From IMG/VR virus record IMGVR_UViG_3300031452_000002: a DNA stretch of 64,000 nucleotides; one strand, 5' to 3'. Numbering within the stretch: position 1 is the stretch's first letter; each line of letters opens with the position of its first letter. Source of the DNA: a virus. Both the position numbers and the translations under genes were made by a program. Shown here in pieces: positions 35,279 through 43,727 of the stretch. The notes beneath the pieces were generated by a model, which saw only the letters and a program-made list of their open reading frames with translations, was not told the DNA's origin and did not search any database.

Positions 35279-37702
35279 ATGATCGCCGACTATATCAACC
35301 TCGACCGTCGGCCGACGCGCTTGCCCGTGCGTCTGTGGCGCGACGTGGCCTACCCACCACTGCTCCACCCGATTGTGACGGTCGACGATGCGGGGGTAGC
35401 GCGTGTGGCAAGCGACGGCGAGTACCGCGCCTACCTTGACGTATCGGGAGTCATCCTGCGCGGCAAGGACACAACCGAGCGTGCGACGGCGCGCGCCCGA
35501 CTGGCCGATATCCTGCGCCTGGCGCGCGCCGGGCAGCGTATCCAGATGTGGGTAAACAACACGCCGACCGACGCCTGGGGGGTCGCGGCGGCGTTGGATC
35601 GCGCCGAGGACGCGGATGGCGCCCTGCACGACGTCATCCGCGCGGGCCGCCATCGGTGGCTGGGCGCGGAGATGGCGCGGACCTACATGGCCACGGCGCG
35701 CTATCTCTTGGTGATCGCGGGGCGTGACAAAGGGCCGCTGCTGGCGCGGCGAGAGGACATCGCGCGGTTGTTAGGTGTGGTGGGCGCTGCCGTGCGGCCC
35801 TTGGTGCGCGCGGAGGTCGAGGCACTGACGCGTCTGCCGGCCGCGTTGGATGGATTGCGTGCGGGCGCCGTGGTCGTGGATGGAGAGTGGCGCACGACGC
35901 TATGGGTGCGCGCGTGGGCAGCGACTGTCTCGTTTGATGACCTGCTCTCGCTGCCGCTACTGCCCGTGCGCTCCACCCTCTCCATCACGGCACGCGGACG
36001 TGACCAGGCGGCGTCCCTGGCGTGGCTGGAGGGGCAGGCCACGCGTATGCGCGCCTCGGACCTTAACAAGAGGCGTGCCATTGCCCGCTCCACCGTCAAA
36101 GACGGCCTGGTGCTCATCACGCAGGAGCAGGGCGACGTGGCCTTGCAGCGGGACGCGGCTGAACTAGACGCGCTCTATTTGGAGGCGCGGGCCGGACGCG
36201 CGGCGCTGGTCGATGTCGGTGTGGCGCTGACGCTCCACGCGCCCGACTCGGTGGCGCTGGAGGATGCGGTGGACGCTGCCCTGACGGCGCTACGCCCGCT
36301 AGGGTTCACGGTTGAACCGGGGCTGGAGGCGCAGGCGCCGCTCTATCGCGCGTCGTTGCCGCTGGCTTTAGCGCCCTACCGTCCACTCGCGCTGACAGAC
36401 AAAACGGCGTCGGCATTGTTCCCGTTTGTCAAGGAGGCGCCTGGGCCCGCGGATGGTATTTTGTTGGGGCGCACGGAGCGCGGTGGGCAGTTGGCCTTTT
36501 TCGACTGGGGACAGACAGCGGCCGATGTCGTGGCGATCTTGGCCGACCAAGGCATGGGCAAGAGCTACGTCATGGGGTTGTTGCTCGACGCCACGTTGCG
36601 ACGACAGGGTTGGGTGACGGTGCTCGACCCGGTGGGCAGTTTTACCGACCTCATCGAGGGTCACGGTGGGGTAGAGGCTGAATTGCTCGCGCCGGGTGTG
36701 AGCATCAATCTGCTCGACCTCGCACGCCGTTCTAAGGGCGACCCCACGCTTATCATGCTTGACAACTTCCAAATCTTGTTCGGCTACGACCTGACGTCCG
36801 CTGGCGATGACGCCATTCTGGAGCAGGGCTTGCGCGCCGTGTACGCCGCGGCCGCGCGCCGCGCCGCGCGCGGCTGGGACGGGACGCCGCGTTTACGCTA
36901 TCTGGCGGCATGGCTGCGGGGCCAGGAACGCAAGGCGCGCGCGGCGAACGATCAGACTGAGGCGCAAGCGTGTCGCAAGTTATACCAGCGCATGCGCTCA
37001 TACTATGGGCACGGGTCATTCGCGTCGCTCATGGACTATCCGACAACGGTGGATCTCGAAACATCGGGCCTCATCCTCAACACGGCGCGCTTCGCCATGA
37101 ACGAGGCGGGGGCAGCGCGCCTCTCGGCCGTCGTGGCGACGACGACGGCCGACCTGCGCACCGCGCTGGCGGAACGGGCGGGGACCTACGCCGTGACGGC
37201 GCTCGATGAGGGGTACGGGACGATTAAGCAGTCGGGGCCGTGGTTGCAGGGGCGCGGGCGCCGCAATCGCCACGAGCGCACCAAGGTCCTCCTCGCCACC
37301 CACATGGTTGAGGACTTGGCGAACGATCCCGAAACGCGTAAGATCATGACCGCTATCAAAATATACTTCGTGGGTTGCACGCAGAGCGGGCGCGCCGCGC
37401 TGATTGACCACCTGCGCTTTCCGGCCCGCCTTGTGGAGCGTGCGCCGGACCTGCGGCGCACCGACGAACGTGCCGAGTTCGTGTACCTCGTGCGGCCTCC
37501 CGACCGGGCGCCGGAGTACGCCGTGATTCACGTCAAACTCGTGCCGGAGCTGGCCTATACACTCGGCAGCTACGGACCACAGAAAGATCAGCGGGCGCGG
37601 GACATCGCGCGCTATGGGTCGGTCGCCGACGCCGCGCGTGCTTTCGTGGCGGGGACGGACGAAACCGGCGGCGGTGACGATAAAAGGGTGGGTGTCGCAT
37701 GA
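35279..37702 (+). CDS. virB4: VirB4/ConE-like ATPase
   Basis: EAQAPLYRASLP, GILLGRT, ADQGMGKS, TVLDPVGSF, ALDEGY, LATH. Confidence 0.8.
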   Translation: MIADYINLDRRPTRLPVRLWRDVAYPPLLHPIVTVDDAGVARVASDGEYRAYLDVSGVILRGKDTTERATARARLADILRLARAGQRIQMWVNNTPTDAWGVAAALDRAEDADGALHDVIRAGRHRWLGAEMARTYMATARYLLVIAGRDKGPLLARREDIARLLGVVGAAVRPLVRAEVEALTRLPAALDGLRAGAVVVDGEWRTTLWVRAWAATVSFDDLLSLPLLPVRSTLSITARGRDQAASLAWLEGQATRMRASDLNKRRAIARSTVKDGLVLITQEQGDVALQRDAAELDALYLEARAGRAALVDVGVALTLHAPDSVALEDAVDAALTALRPLGFTVEPGLEAQAPLYRASLPLALAPYRPLALTDKTASALFPFVKEAPGPADGILLGRTERGGQLAFFDWGQTAADVVAILADQGMGKSYVMGLLLDATLRRQGWVTVLDPVGSFTDLIEGHGGVEAELLAPGVSINLLDLARRSKGDPTLIMLDNFQILFGYDLTSAGDDAILEQGLRAVYAAAARRAARGWDGTPRLRYLAAWLRGQERKARAANDQTEAQACRKLYQRMRSYYGHGSFASLMDYPTTVDLETSGLILNTARFAMNEAGAARLSAVVATTTADLRTALAERAGTYAVTALDEGYGTIKQSGPWLQGRGRRNRHERTKVLLATHMVEDLANDPETRKIMTAIKIYFVGCTQSGRAALIDHLRFPARLVERAPDLRRTDERAEFVYLVRPPDRAPEYAVIHVKLVPELAYTLGSYGPQKDQRARDIARYGSVADAARAFVAGTDETGGGDDKRVGVA

Positions 37703-39468
37703 TGTGTGTGAGGCGTCGGGTTGAACGCACGCTCGCGTGGGCGGCGCTGGCGGTGATGTTGTGTGGCGCGTCGTCATCCATGACGGGGCACGCGCATGCG
37801 GCCACGTCGCCTCCGCCCACGGCCATCCCCCCCACGGCCACGGTGGCGCCACAGACGGGCCAGTTAATCCTAGGGCAGCAGCACATCCCTCAGGGCACGA
37901 CGACGCTGGACGCGGCGGTGAGCCAGTTCCGCGAGGGGCAGCGCGTGACGTTTACGTGGGCGCGCGACAATGGGGCGACCGCCCCCATCGGGTCGGCGTT
38001 GGTCGGCGTCGGCGGGTCGGCCACGACGCAATTGACGTTGCCGACGGACGCGCCGGCGGCGACCTACACCGTCACGGCGACCGGGAATCGTGGCGACACG
38101 GCCACGGCATTTGTGACGGTGGATGCGCCGGGCGCGACGCCCGCGCCGACGGCGCTATCCTACAGCCCGCGCCTTATCGCGCCGCCATCGTTCACCCACG
38201 GCATTAGCACGACGGCGGGCACGTCCGGCAACGGCGACCAGTTGCCCATTCGCGTGTTAGGCTTCCCGCCCCATGCCACGCTCCATATCACTCTCCAATT
38301 ACTGGCGCACGGGCCACACGCCACCGTCGACGGCGGGAACTTCGGGCCGACCGACGCCACGGGCGCGGCGGCGGGCGACGTGGCGTTGCCTGCCGACCTG
38401 CCACCTGGCCCCTACGACGTGGAGGGGACGGTGGGGACCGTGAAGACGGGCGCTACGGTGCAGATCCAGGCGACGGTCGCCGATCAGGTCGCGGGGTGGG
38501 ATAGGAACGTGTTCGCTGGCCTGTGGGCCAATGCCACGGAGGGCTTGCTGACGTGGTGGCAAGGTGTGACGACGGCGGGGCACGCCGCGTTGGTGCACGC
38601 CATCCTGGGGGTCACAACAGTTGTCCTTGATTTCACATCAGCGGCCTATGCCTTTCTGTTCGACCTCTCCAAACCGCTATTGGTGTGGGGCGGCGCCGCG
38701 TTGTTCGTCCTCGTGAGTTTCCGCATCCTAGCCGAGGCGGTGACGATGCGCGCGGAAGCGGATGGCGCGCATCACGTCCTGAAGTGGGGGCTGCTGATCG
38801 GAGAGGTGGCTATTGTCCTAACGGTAGCGGGCGCGCTCAAACCCATCGAGCATGCCGTATGGGCGTGGACAGCCGGCTCTCCGAAGGGTTTGGGCGGTGG
38901 GGCGAAAGGACTCAAGGGGTACGGAGACGCCCTGGGGACGTGGACGACCTATCGCGGCCCCTCGCTCCAAGAGACCGCCAACTGGGGGTTGGGCCAGATC
39001 GCGGCGCTGTGCCTGCTGGCTATCCTCGCCATTCAGTTGGTGTTGCTGACCCTAGGCGTGTTGGCGGGATGGGTACTCAAGCTATTTCTATGGCTCACAG
39101 GACCACTGTGCTGGGCGGCGATGGGGACGCCACATACACGTCCCCTCGGCTTATGGTGGACGCGCTCCATGATCAGTGTGTCGCTGTGGATTGTCGGATG
39201 GATGTATCTTTTTTCCGTTGAGGGAGCGGCGGTGGGGCAGGTCGCGCGGGGAGGTGGGCTGGACCCGGCGAAAGCGCCGAACACGCTGGTCGCCATTGGT
39301 GTCGGCCTCGTGATGATGCTCTCGACCAACGCCGTGCCAGCGGCGCTGCGACGCGGGACGCATCTCCTGATCGCGGGAGCAGGCGGCGTCGTGGACGAGA
39401 TGGCCGGGCCGGGCGGCGCTGTGTGGGGCTGGGCCAAGAACAAGGTGCCGTTGTTAGGGAGGTTATAG
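37699..39468 (+). CDS. VirB6-like polytopic membrane protein with secreted beta-rich N terminus
   Basis: Signal peptide, Thr/Ala/Gly-rich domains, about 7 hydrophobic segments, TGPLCWAAMGTPHTR. Confidence 0.6.
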   Translation: MMCVRRRVERTLAWAALAVMLCGASSSMTGHAHAATSPPPTAIPPTATVAPQTGQLILGQQHIPQGTTTLDAAVSQFREGQRVTFTWARDNGATAPIGSALVGVGGSATTQLTLPTDAPAATYTVTATGNRGDTATAFVTVDAPGATPAPTALSYSPRLIAPPSFTHGISTTAGTSGNGDQLPIRVLGFPPHATLHITLQLLAHGPHATVDGGNFGPTDATGAAAGDVALPADLPPGPYDVEGTVGTVKTGATVQIQATVADQVAGWDRNVFAGLWANATEGLLTWWQGVTTAGHAALVHAILGVTTVVLDFTSAAYAFLFDLSKPLLVWGGAALFVLVSFRILAEAVTMRAEADGAHHVLKWGLLIGEVAIVLTVAGALKPIEHAVWAWTAGSPKGLGGGAKGLKGYGDALGTWTTYRGPSLQETANWGLGQIAALCLLAILAIQLVLLTLGVLAGWVLKLFLWLTGPLCWAAMGTPHTRPLGLWWTRSMISVSLWIVGWMYLFSVEGAAVGQVARGGGLDPAKAPNTLVAIGVGLVMMLSTNAVPAALRRGTHLLIAGAGGVVDEMAGPGGAVWGWAKNKVPLLGRL

Positions 39469-39470
39469 CG

Positions 39471-39917
39471 ATGCGCAGGGACGATACGGCTGTCGATGAT
39501 GACCGATGGCGCGGCAGACATGAGCGGTTGTGGCGTCTGTTGGGCCACCTGTGGGTGACGTTGCTGATCCTGTGCCCGCCGTTGGTGGTGTGGGTTGAGA
39601 TATGCGACGGATACGACGCGTGGCGACTGGTCGCGCGCAACTTGGAGTTGACTGAGCGCCGCGCTGGTGTCCTAGCACTCTCGCTGCTGAGTGGGATCGT
39701 CGGCGCGGCATTGGCCGGGGGGAGTGAGTCGATGGCGGGAATAGCGATACTGGCGGTGTGTGGCGTCGGGGCCGGGTGGGTGATGTCGCGACCCTACCGA
39801 CGCACGATCATGGCTGTGCGGCGCGGACAAGCGCCCGTGGCAGCGGTGCGCCAAGCTCAGGCGGAGGTGGAGCGCGTGCTGACCGCTGCGACGACGGGCG
39901 ACCGCTGGGAGAGTTAG
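39471..39917 (+). CDS. Membrane protein
   Basis: Three hydrophobic segments; SD GGAGG. Confidence 0.55.
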   Translation: MRRDDTAVDDDRWRGRHERLWRLLGHLWVTLLILCPPLVVWVEICDGYDAWRLVARNLELTERRAGVLALSLLSGIVGAALAGGSESMAGIAILAVCGVGAGWVMSRPYRRTIMAVRRGQAPVAAVRQAQAEVERVLTAATTGDRWES

Positions 39918-39938
39918 CCGGCCCGGGGAAACGGCGCG

Positions 39939-39963
39939 AAGCCATTAGCCGTGGGAGTATCAA
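39939..39963 (+). mobile_element. Orphan IS200/IS605-type end remnant 4 (internally deleted)
   Basis: GAAGCCATTAGCCGTGGGAGTATCAA; shares GTGGGAGTATCAA with 23170-23182. Confidence 0.5.
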
Positions 39964-39985
39964 CTGAATAGAAAGGGACGCACAC

Positions 39986-41167
39986 ATGACCATGAGGAAA
40001 AGAACTATCATTCGTACCGCGGTCGTCATAGCGACCATCGTCCCCGCACTGTGGGGAAGTAGCGCGGCGCTGGCATGGCATGGCGGCATCCAACCGCCGA
40101 CCGAACGCTGCACCGGCACACAACCGACTGAGACATTCAGCGGCGTCGTGGACCCGCCGAGCGGCCACTGGCGCATCGTCATCACCGGCTTTGCCACTGG
40201 CTCTAACGGATCGTCGTCGCTGTCTGTCACCTTCATACCGGCGACGGACGGGACGTTCACGACGCACCCCGTTGAGCTGCATCCCGGCACCTACACCGCT
40301 ACGCTCGGGTCTGACGATCCCCACACGACCACGATCACGCCGCAACAATTCGTGGTGATGGCGTGCACCACGCCGACCGCGACGCCGACCGCGACGCCCA
40401 CGACGGTCCCAACGAATACCCCGACCGACGCGGCAACGGCGTCGCCCACCCCAACCATGACCGCGACGCCTACGACGACGCCCACGACGACGCCCATGAC
40501 GACGCCCACACAAAGCGCCACGGCGACCGCTAGCCCCAGCGCGACCGCGACCGTCCTCTCGGCAACGGCGACGGCCAGTCTGACCGCCACGGCGACAAGC
40601 GCTCCGTCATCCACGGCGACGATGACCGCGACGGCGACAGCAACTGTCGCCATGCCCACGCTACGGACGCCAGCGCGCCTACCCGCGTTGTGTGCGGCCC
40701 AGTTGGACTTTGTGGCCGGGCTGCCCTCCATGAAAGGACGGTATGCCGCGCGCTTCATCGCCGGCGGACTCGGCGAGGGTCCCTGCGCGTCCGGCGCTGC
40801 CAGCGCGCCGCCCGTGGGCGTCATCCGGGGCGAGACCATCTTCACGTCGGCCCGCGCGTGCGTGGACCGCCGAGCGGTCACGCGCTACGTTTTCGCGGTC
40901 ACACGTCCCCACGCTCTACGCCCCGTCGCGTCGTTGCACCTGCTTGGCCTGGTGCGGCCCGGTGAAACGGTCTGGGTCACGTTCACCGTGGGCCATCTGC
41001 CGGCAGGGTGCGCGGCGGTACGCCTGACGCTGGCCTCATACGTGGCCGTGTCCACGCGCCTGGCCGACCGTGAGCGCCAGGTGCTGTACCAGTACCAAAC
41101 GGGCGACTTCAAGCCGGGCACGCATCGACTGGCCCTGTCCGTGGCCGTGCCGGCCCTGCGCCCCTAA
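39986..41167 (+). CDS. Secreted/surface protein with Thr-Ala-Pro linker
   Basis: Signal peptide ending AALA; long TPTATPT low-complexity linker between two domains. Confidence 0.7.
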   Translation: MTMRKRTIIRTAVVIATIVPALWGSSAALAWHGGIQPPTERCTGTQPTETFSGVVDPPSGHWRIVITGFATGSNGSSSLSVTFIPATDGTFTTHPVELHPGTYTATLGSDDPHTTTITPQQFVVMACTTPTATPTATPTTVPTNTPTDAATASPTPTMTATPTTTPTTTPMTTPTQSATATASPSATATVLSATATASLTATATSAPSSTATMTATATATVAMPTLRTPARLPALCAAQLDFVAGLPSMKGRYAARFIAGGLGEGPCASGAASAPPVGVIRGETIFTSARACVDRRAVTRYVFAVTRPHALRPVASLHLLGLVRPGETVWVTFTVGHLPAGCAAVRLTLASYVAVSTRLADRERQVLYQYQTGDFKPGTHRLALSVAVPALRP

Positions 41168-41238
41168 TGGATGGACCGCACCGGCACAGAGCCTGAGAAG
41201 GGCGCGACGCTACTAGCCAATACCGTACATACGGCAGC

Positions 41239-41276
41239 AGAGGCCCTATCCCCGCGCAGGGATAGGGCCTCTTTTT
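41239..41276 (+). terminator. Intrinsic terminator ending the conjugation-like module
   Basis: AGAGGCCCTATCCC-6-GGGATAGGGCCTCT followed by T run. Confidence 0.8.
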
Positions 41277-41281
41277 CGCGC

Positions 41282-41354
41282 GAAAAGATCTTTCGCCGAA
41301 CGCTTGACAAGGACACGATAGCGTGTTATTATTAGAGAGTGAGGGGCGACTGAG
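41282..41354 (+). promoter_or_regulatory. 73-bp repeat copy 1, strong sigma70 promoter
   Basis: TTGACA-17 bp-TATTAT with ACACG-4-CGTGT in the spacer; identical to 42227-42299. Confidence 0.85.
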
Positions 41355-41392
41355 GCTCCTCGCAGGCAGATAGATGAGGAGAGGGTACTGAC

Positions 41393-41647
41393 ATGGGAGC
41401 ATGGAACATCATTCGCACGGCCACCACGGACGATCAGACACGCCTTGACGCCGCCGCCGAGCGGTTCATGAGCCGTCACAACGTAGATGTCAACGGCAGT
41501 GGCTCCGCGTCGTACAACCTGGAACTATGCTTGTCCGATCTGGAGGATACGCGACTTGTAGGGTTGTGGCGGCAGGTTGTTAAAAGAGCGCTATGCGATC
41601 CGCACGCCGAAGGCATCGCCTATGGTCAGGTCGGCTACAATGCCTGA
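41393..41647 (+). CDS. Hypothetical protein
   Basis: SD GAGGAG; first gene after promoter copy 1. Confidence 0.6.
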   Translation: MGAWNIIRTATTDDQTRLDAAAERFMSRHNVDVNGSGSASYNLELCLSDLEDTRLVGLWRQVVKRALCDPHAEGIAYGQVGYNA

Positions 41648-41735
41648 CACCGTACTGCTCACGACAAGCGAGGCGGCGGCGCTCTTGGGAGTGTCGCCGT
41701 GGCGCATTAGAGGAGGAGCGACGAACGATGGCTGA
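41640..41735 (+). pseudogene. Truncated HTH_17 gene remnant
   Basis: MPDTVLLTTSEAAALLGVSPWRI then abrupt switch into the SD of the next gene. Confidence 0.5.
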
Positions 41736-42228
41736 CAATAATCATGATGATCTGCTCACCCTTTCCGAGGCCGCCACCATCAGCGGCTTGTCCGCCGCGA
41801 CGCTGCGCAGCTACATCCTCGGCCGGCGCGGTACGGAGGACAGGCCCCCGAAGCCTCCCGTGCTCACGGGCGTCAAGCGTGGCTCACGCTTGTTGATGGT
41901 GCGCCGCGCCGATCTCGACGCCTACCTCGCGGGACGGACGCGCCGCGTCTATGGCGCGTCCGACGAGGAGGACGATACGGGCAACCTCACGATACGCGAT
42001 GTCGCGCGGCTGATGGGGGTCACGCGTCAGCGTGTCCATCAAATTATCGCGCGTGGCGATCTGCGCGTTGCTGTCGATTCACACGATGGGCGACGGGTGG
42101 ACATCGCGCGCGCTGATGTCGACGCGTACATGGCGGGACGGACGTGGCGCGCCGGCCGCATCAAACGCCCCGACCGCGCCAAGCCATCCCCGGTCCCAGC
42201 GGAGACGAGCGCCGACAGCGGCACCTGA
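41728..42228 (+). CDS. Tandem HTH_17 (excisionase-like) protein
   Basis: LLTLSEAATISGLSAATLRSYI and LTIRDVARLMGVTRQRVHQII. Confidence 0.75.
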   Translation: MADNNHDDLLTLSEAATISGLSAATLRSYILGRRGTEDRPPKPPVLTGVKRGSRLLMVRRADLDAYLAGRTRRVYGASDEEDDTGNLTIRDVARLMGVTRQRVHQIIARGDLRVAVDSHDGRRVDIARADVDAYMAGRTWRAGRIKRPDRAKPSPVPAETSADSGT

Positions 42229-42299
42229 AAAGATCTTTCGCCGAACGCTTGACAAGGACACGATAGCGTGTTATTATTAGAGAGTGAGGGGCGACTGAG
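42227..42299 (+). promoter_or_regulatory. 73-bp repeat copy 2, strong sigma70 promoter
   Basis: Identical to 41282-41354. Confidence 0.85.
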
Positions 42300-42362
42300 A
42301 CCCCTCCCAAGCCCTCCTCTCGACGGAGGGACGGCCCGGAGTAGGGCAAGGAGCGACGACCG

Positions 42363-42734
42363 ATGAACACGACCGACACTTGCGAGACCGAGTTAGCTGC
42401 ATTGTACGCAAGCGGCCTTATGCCCGCATTGCCGGCGCTCACCGGCAGCGACAAGCAAATCGCGTGGGCCGAAAAGATTCGCGCGGGGAAAGTGGTCGAG
42501 GTCGAGAACGTGGTGGTCACTGAGATGCAACGTGTGTGCGCGGCAACGCGCCTCCTACCGCATCTCGCCGCCGTCGCGGCCATCGATGCGGAGATGGCCG
42601 CGACGCTTGTCGATCAAACGTCGCTCAAAGCGGCCGAGCGAACGATTGAGTCCTACCGCACGCTGTTACTCGCCGCGTCCGCTTCCTGGTGGATCGACCA
42701 TCGTATGCACGATATTGAGATGTTAGCGCGCTAG
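42363..42734 (+). CDS. Conserved phage/plasmid hypothetical protein
   Basis: LPALTGSDKQIAWAEKIR...ASWWIDHR. Confidence 0.65.
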   Translation: MNTTDTCETELAALYASGLMPALPALTGSDKQIAWAEKIRAGKVVEVENVVVTEMQRVCAATRLLPHLAAVAAIDAEMAATLVDQTSLKAAERTIESYRTLLLAASASWWIDHRMHDIEMLAR

Positions 42735-42735
42735 C

Positions 42736-42780
42736 GTCACTGACCCGCGGCTAAAGCCGGTGGGCTTCCTGGGAGGTTCC
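42736..42780 (-). mobile_element. Orphan IS200/IS605-type end hairpin 5
   Basis: GTCACTGACCCGCGGCTAAAGCCGGTGGGCTTCCTGGGAGGTTCC; close relative of 35232-35278. Confidence 0.6.
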
Positions 42781-42800
42781 TGTGAAAGAGAGTGAGAACC

Positions 42801-43100
42801 ATGCGTACAGACAATAACCCCACTGATTTTAGCTACGTTGGCAGCACTGACACAACCATACCGCGCTACAAAGCACGCTACGCGCCTGAGCTGCGCGCGT
42901 GGGGCTGCTTTGACCGTGGCGCGCAACTCGCGCTAGGCGCGGGCTACAACCTGAGCGACCGTGGTGCACACGATAAAGCGGATCACGCGAACGGCCTGCA
43001 CGAGGGATGGTTACGTGTTCAGCCAGGCACGTTTGGCCGTTCTTGTGGCTGCAATGAGCACCAAGACGATGCGGCCCGCGAGAGATCCAATGCCAGATAG
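42801..43100 (+). CDS. Hypothetical protein
   Basis: Operon position. Confidence 0.5.
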   Translation: MRTDNNPTDFSYVGSTDTTIPRYKARYAPELRAWGCFDRGAQLALGAGYNLSDRGAHDKADHANGLHEGWLRVQPGTFGRSCGCNEHQDDAARERSNAR

Positions 43101-43311
43101 CAGTCCACGCACGCGTTACGTCGCCCCGACCACAACCGGCGCCCGCTTCGCTGTGTACGAGCGGTTGGACGATGGTTCCAGCCGCAGGGTGCGAGGCAAC
43201 TACCCGACCCATGCCCGCGCGGAACGGGAGATACCGCGCATTGAGGAGAGTCGCCGCCAACAGCGTCGCTTTCTGGACGCGTTGGAACACGGCCCGACGG
43301 CAAACGATTAA
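43090..43311 (+). CDS. Hypothetical protein
   Basis: Overlapping start MPDSS. Confidence 0.45.
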   Translation: MPDSSPRTRYVAPTTTGARFAVYERLDDGSSRRVRGNYPTHARAEREIPRIEESRRQQRRFLDALEHGPTAND

Positions 43312-43336
43312 ACGACAACCACAAGGAGCACTGACC

Positions 43337-43546
43337 ATGGTCACGAACGTCACAGAAACCATCACGCCCATTGACACTAACGCCGATCCCCAGATGTATA
43401 TGTACGTCTGCTGTCTCTGCGGTCAACAACGTCCTGTTGGCTCACTGATCCGTGACAACCGGCCGGAGATCAAGGACGAGGACCGCGACCGCTTCGTCTG
43501 TGCCGCGTGTTGGCACCCACACATCGCCATCAAGGCATGGGGCTAG
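43337..43546 (+). CDS. Small Zn-finger protein
   Basis: SD AAGGAG; CCLCG...CAAC. Confidence 0.55.
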   Translation: MVTNVTETITPIDTNADPQMYMYVCCLCGQQRPVGSLIRDNRPEIKDEDRDRFVCAACWHPHIAIKAWG

Positions 43547-43590
43547 CGACGACAACAGGGTCGGTGAAGACAAGTTGACTCATTATTCAC

Positions 43591-43632
43591 GGAGGGGCCG
43601 TCCATCCAATAGATGGACGGCCCCTCCAGTTT
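43591..43632 (+). terminator. Intrinsic terminator
   Basis: Perfect 16-bp stem GGAGGGGCCGTCCATC-5-GATGGACGGCCCCTCC, then AGTTTT. Confidence 0.75.
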
Positions 43633-43727
43633 TATTCGCAATTACTACAAAATTGTCACGTTCCGCGGTAAGATGAGAGTGAGAGCGCGCCTGTGTCGCG
43701 CCTGCTGACAGGACGGGGGACGCCACG

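Noticed and set aside
40370-40660. DNA tandem repeat or diversity-generating region in the surface protein
   Set aside because: Degenerate Thr/Ala/Pro codons with no fixed period; no reverse transcriptase or template/variable repeat pair seen.
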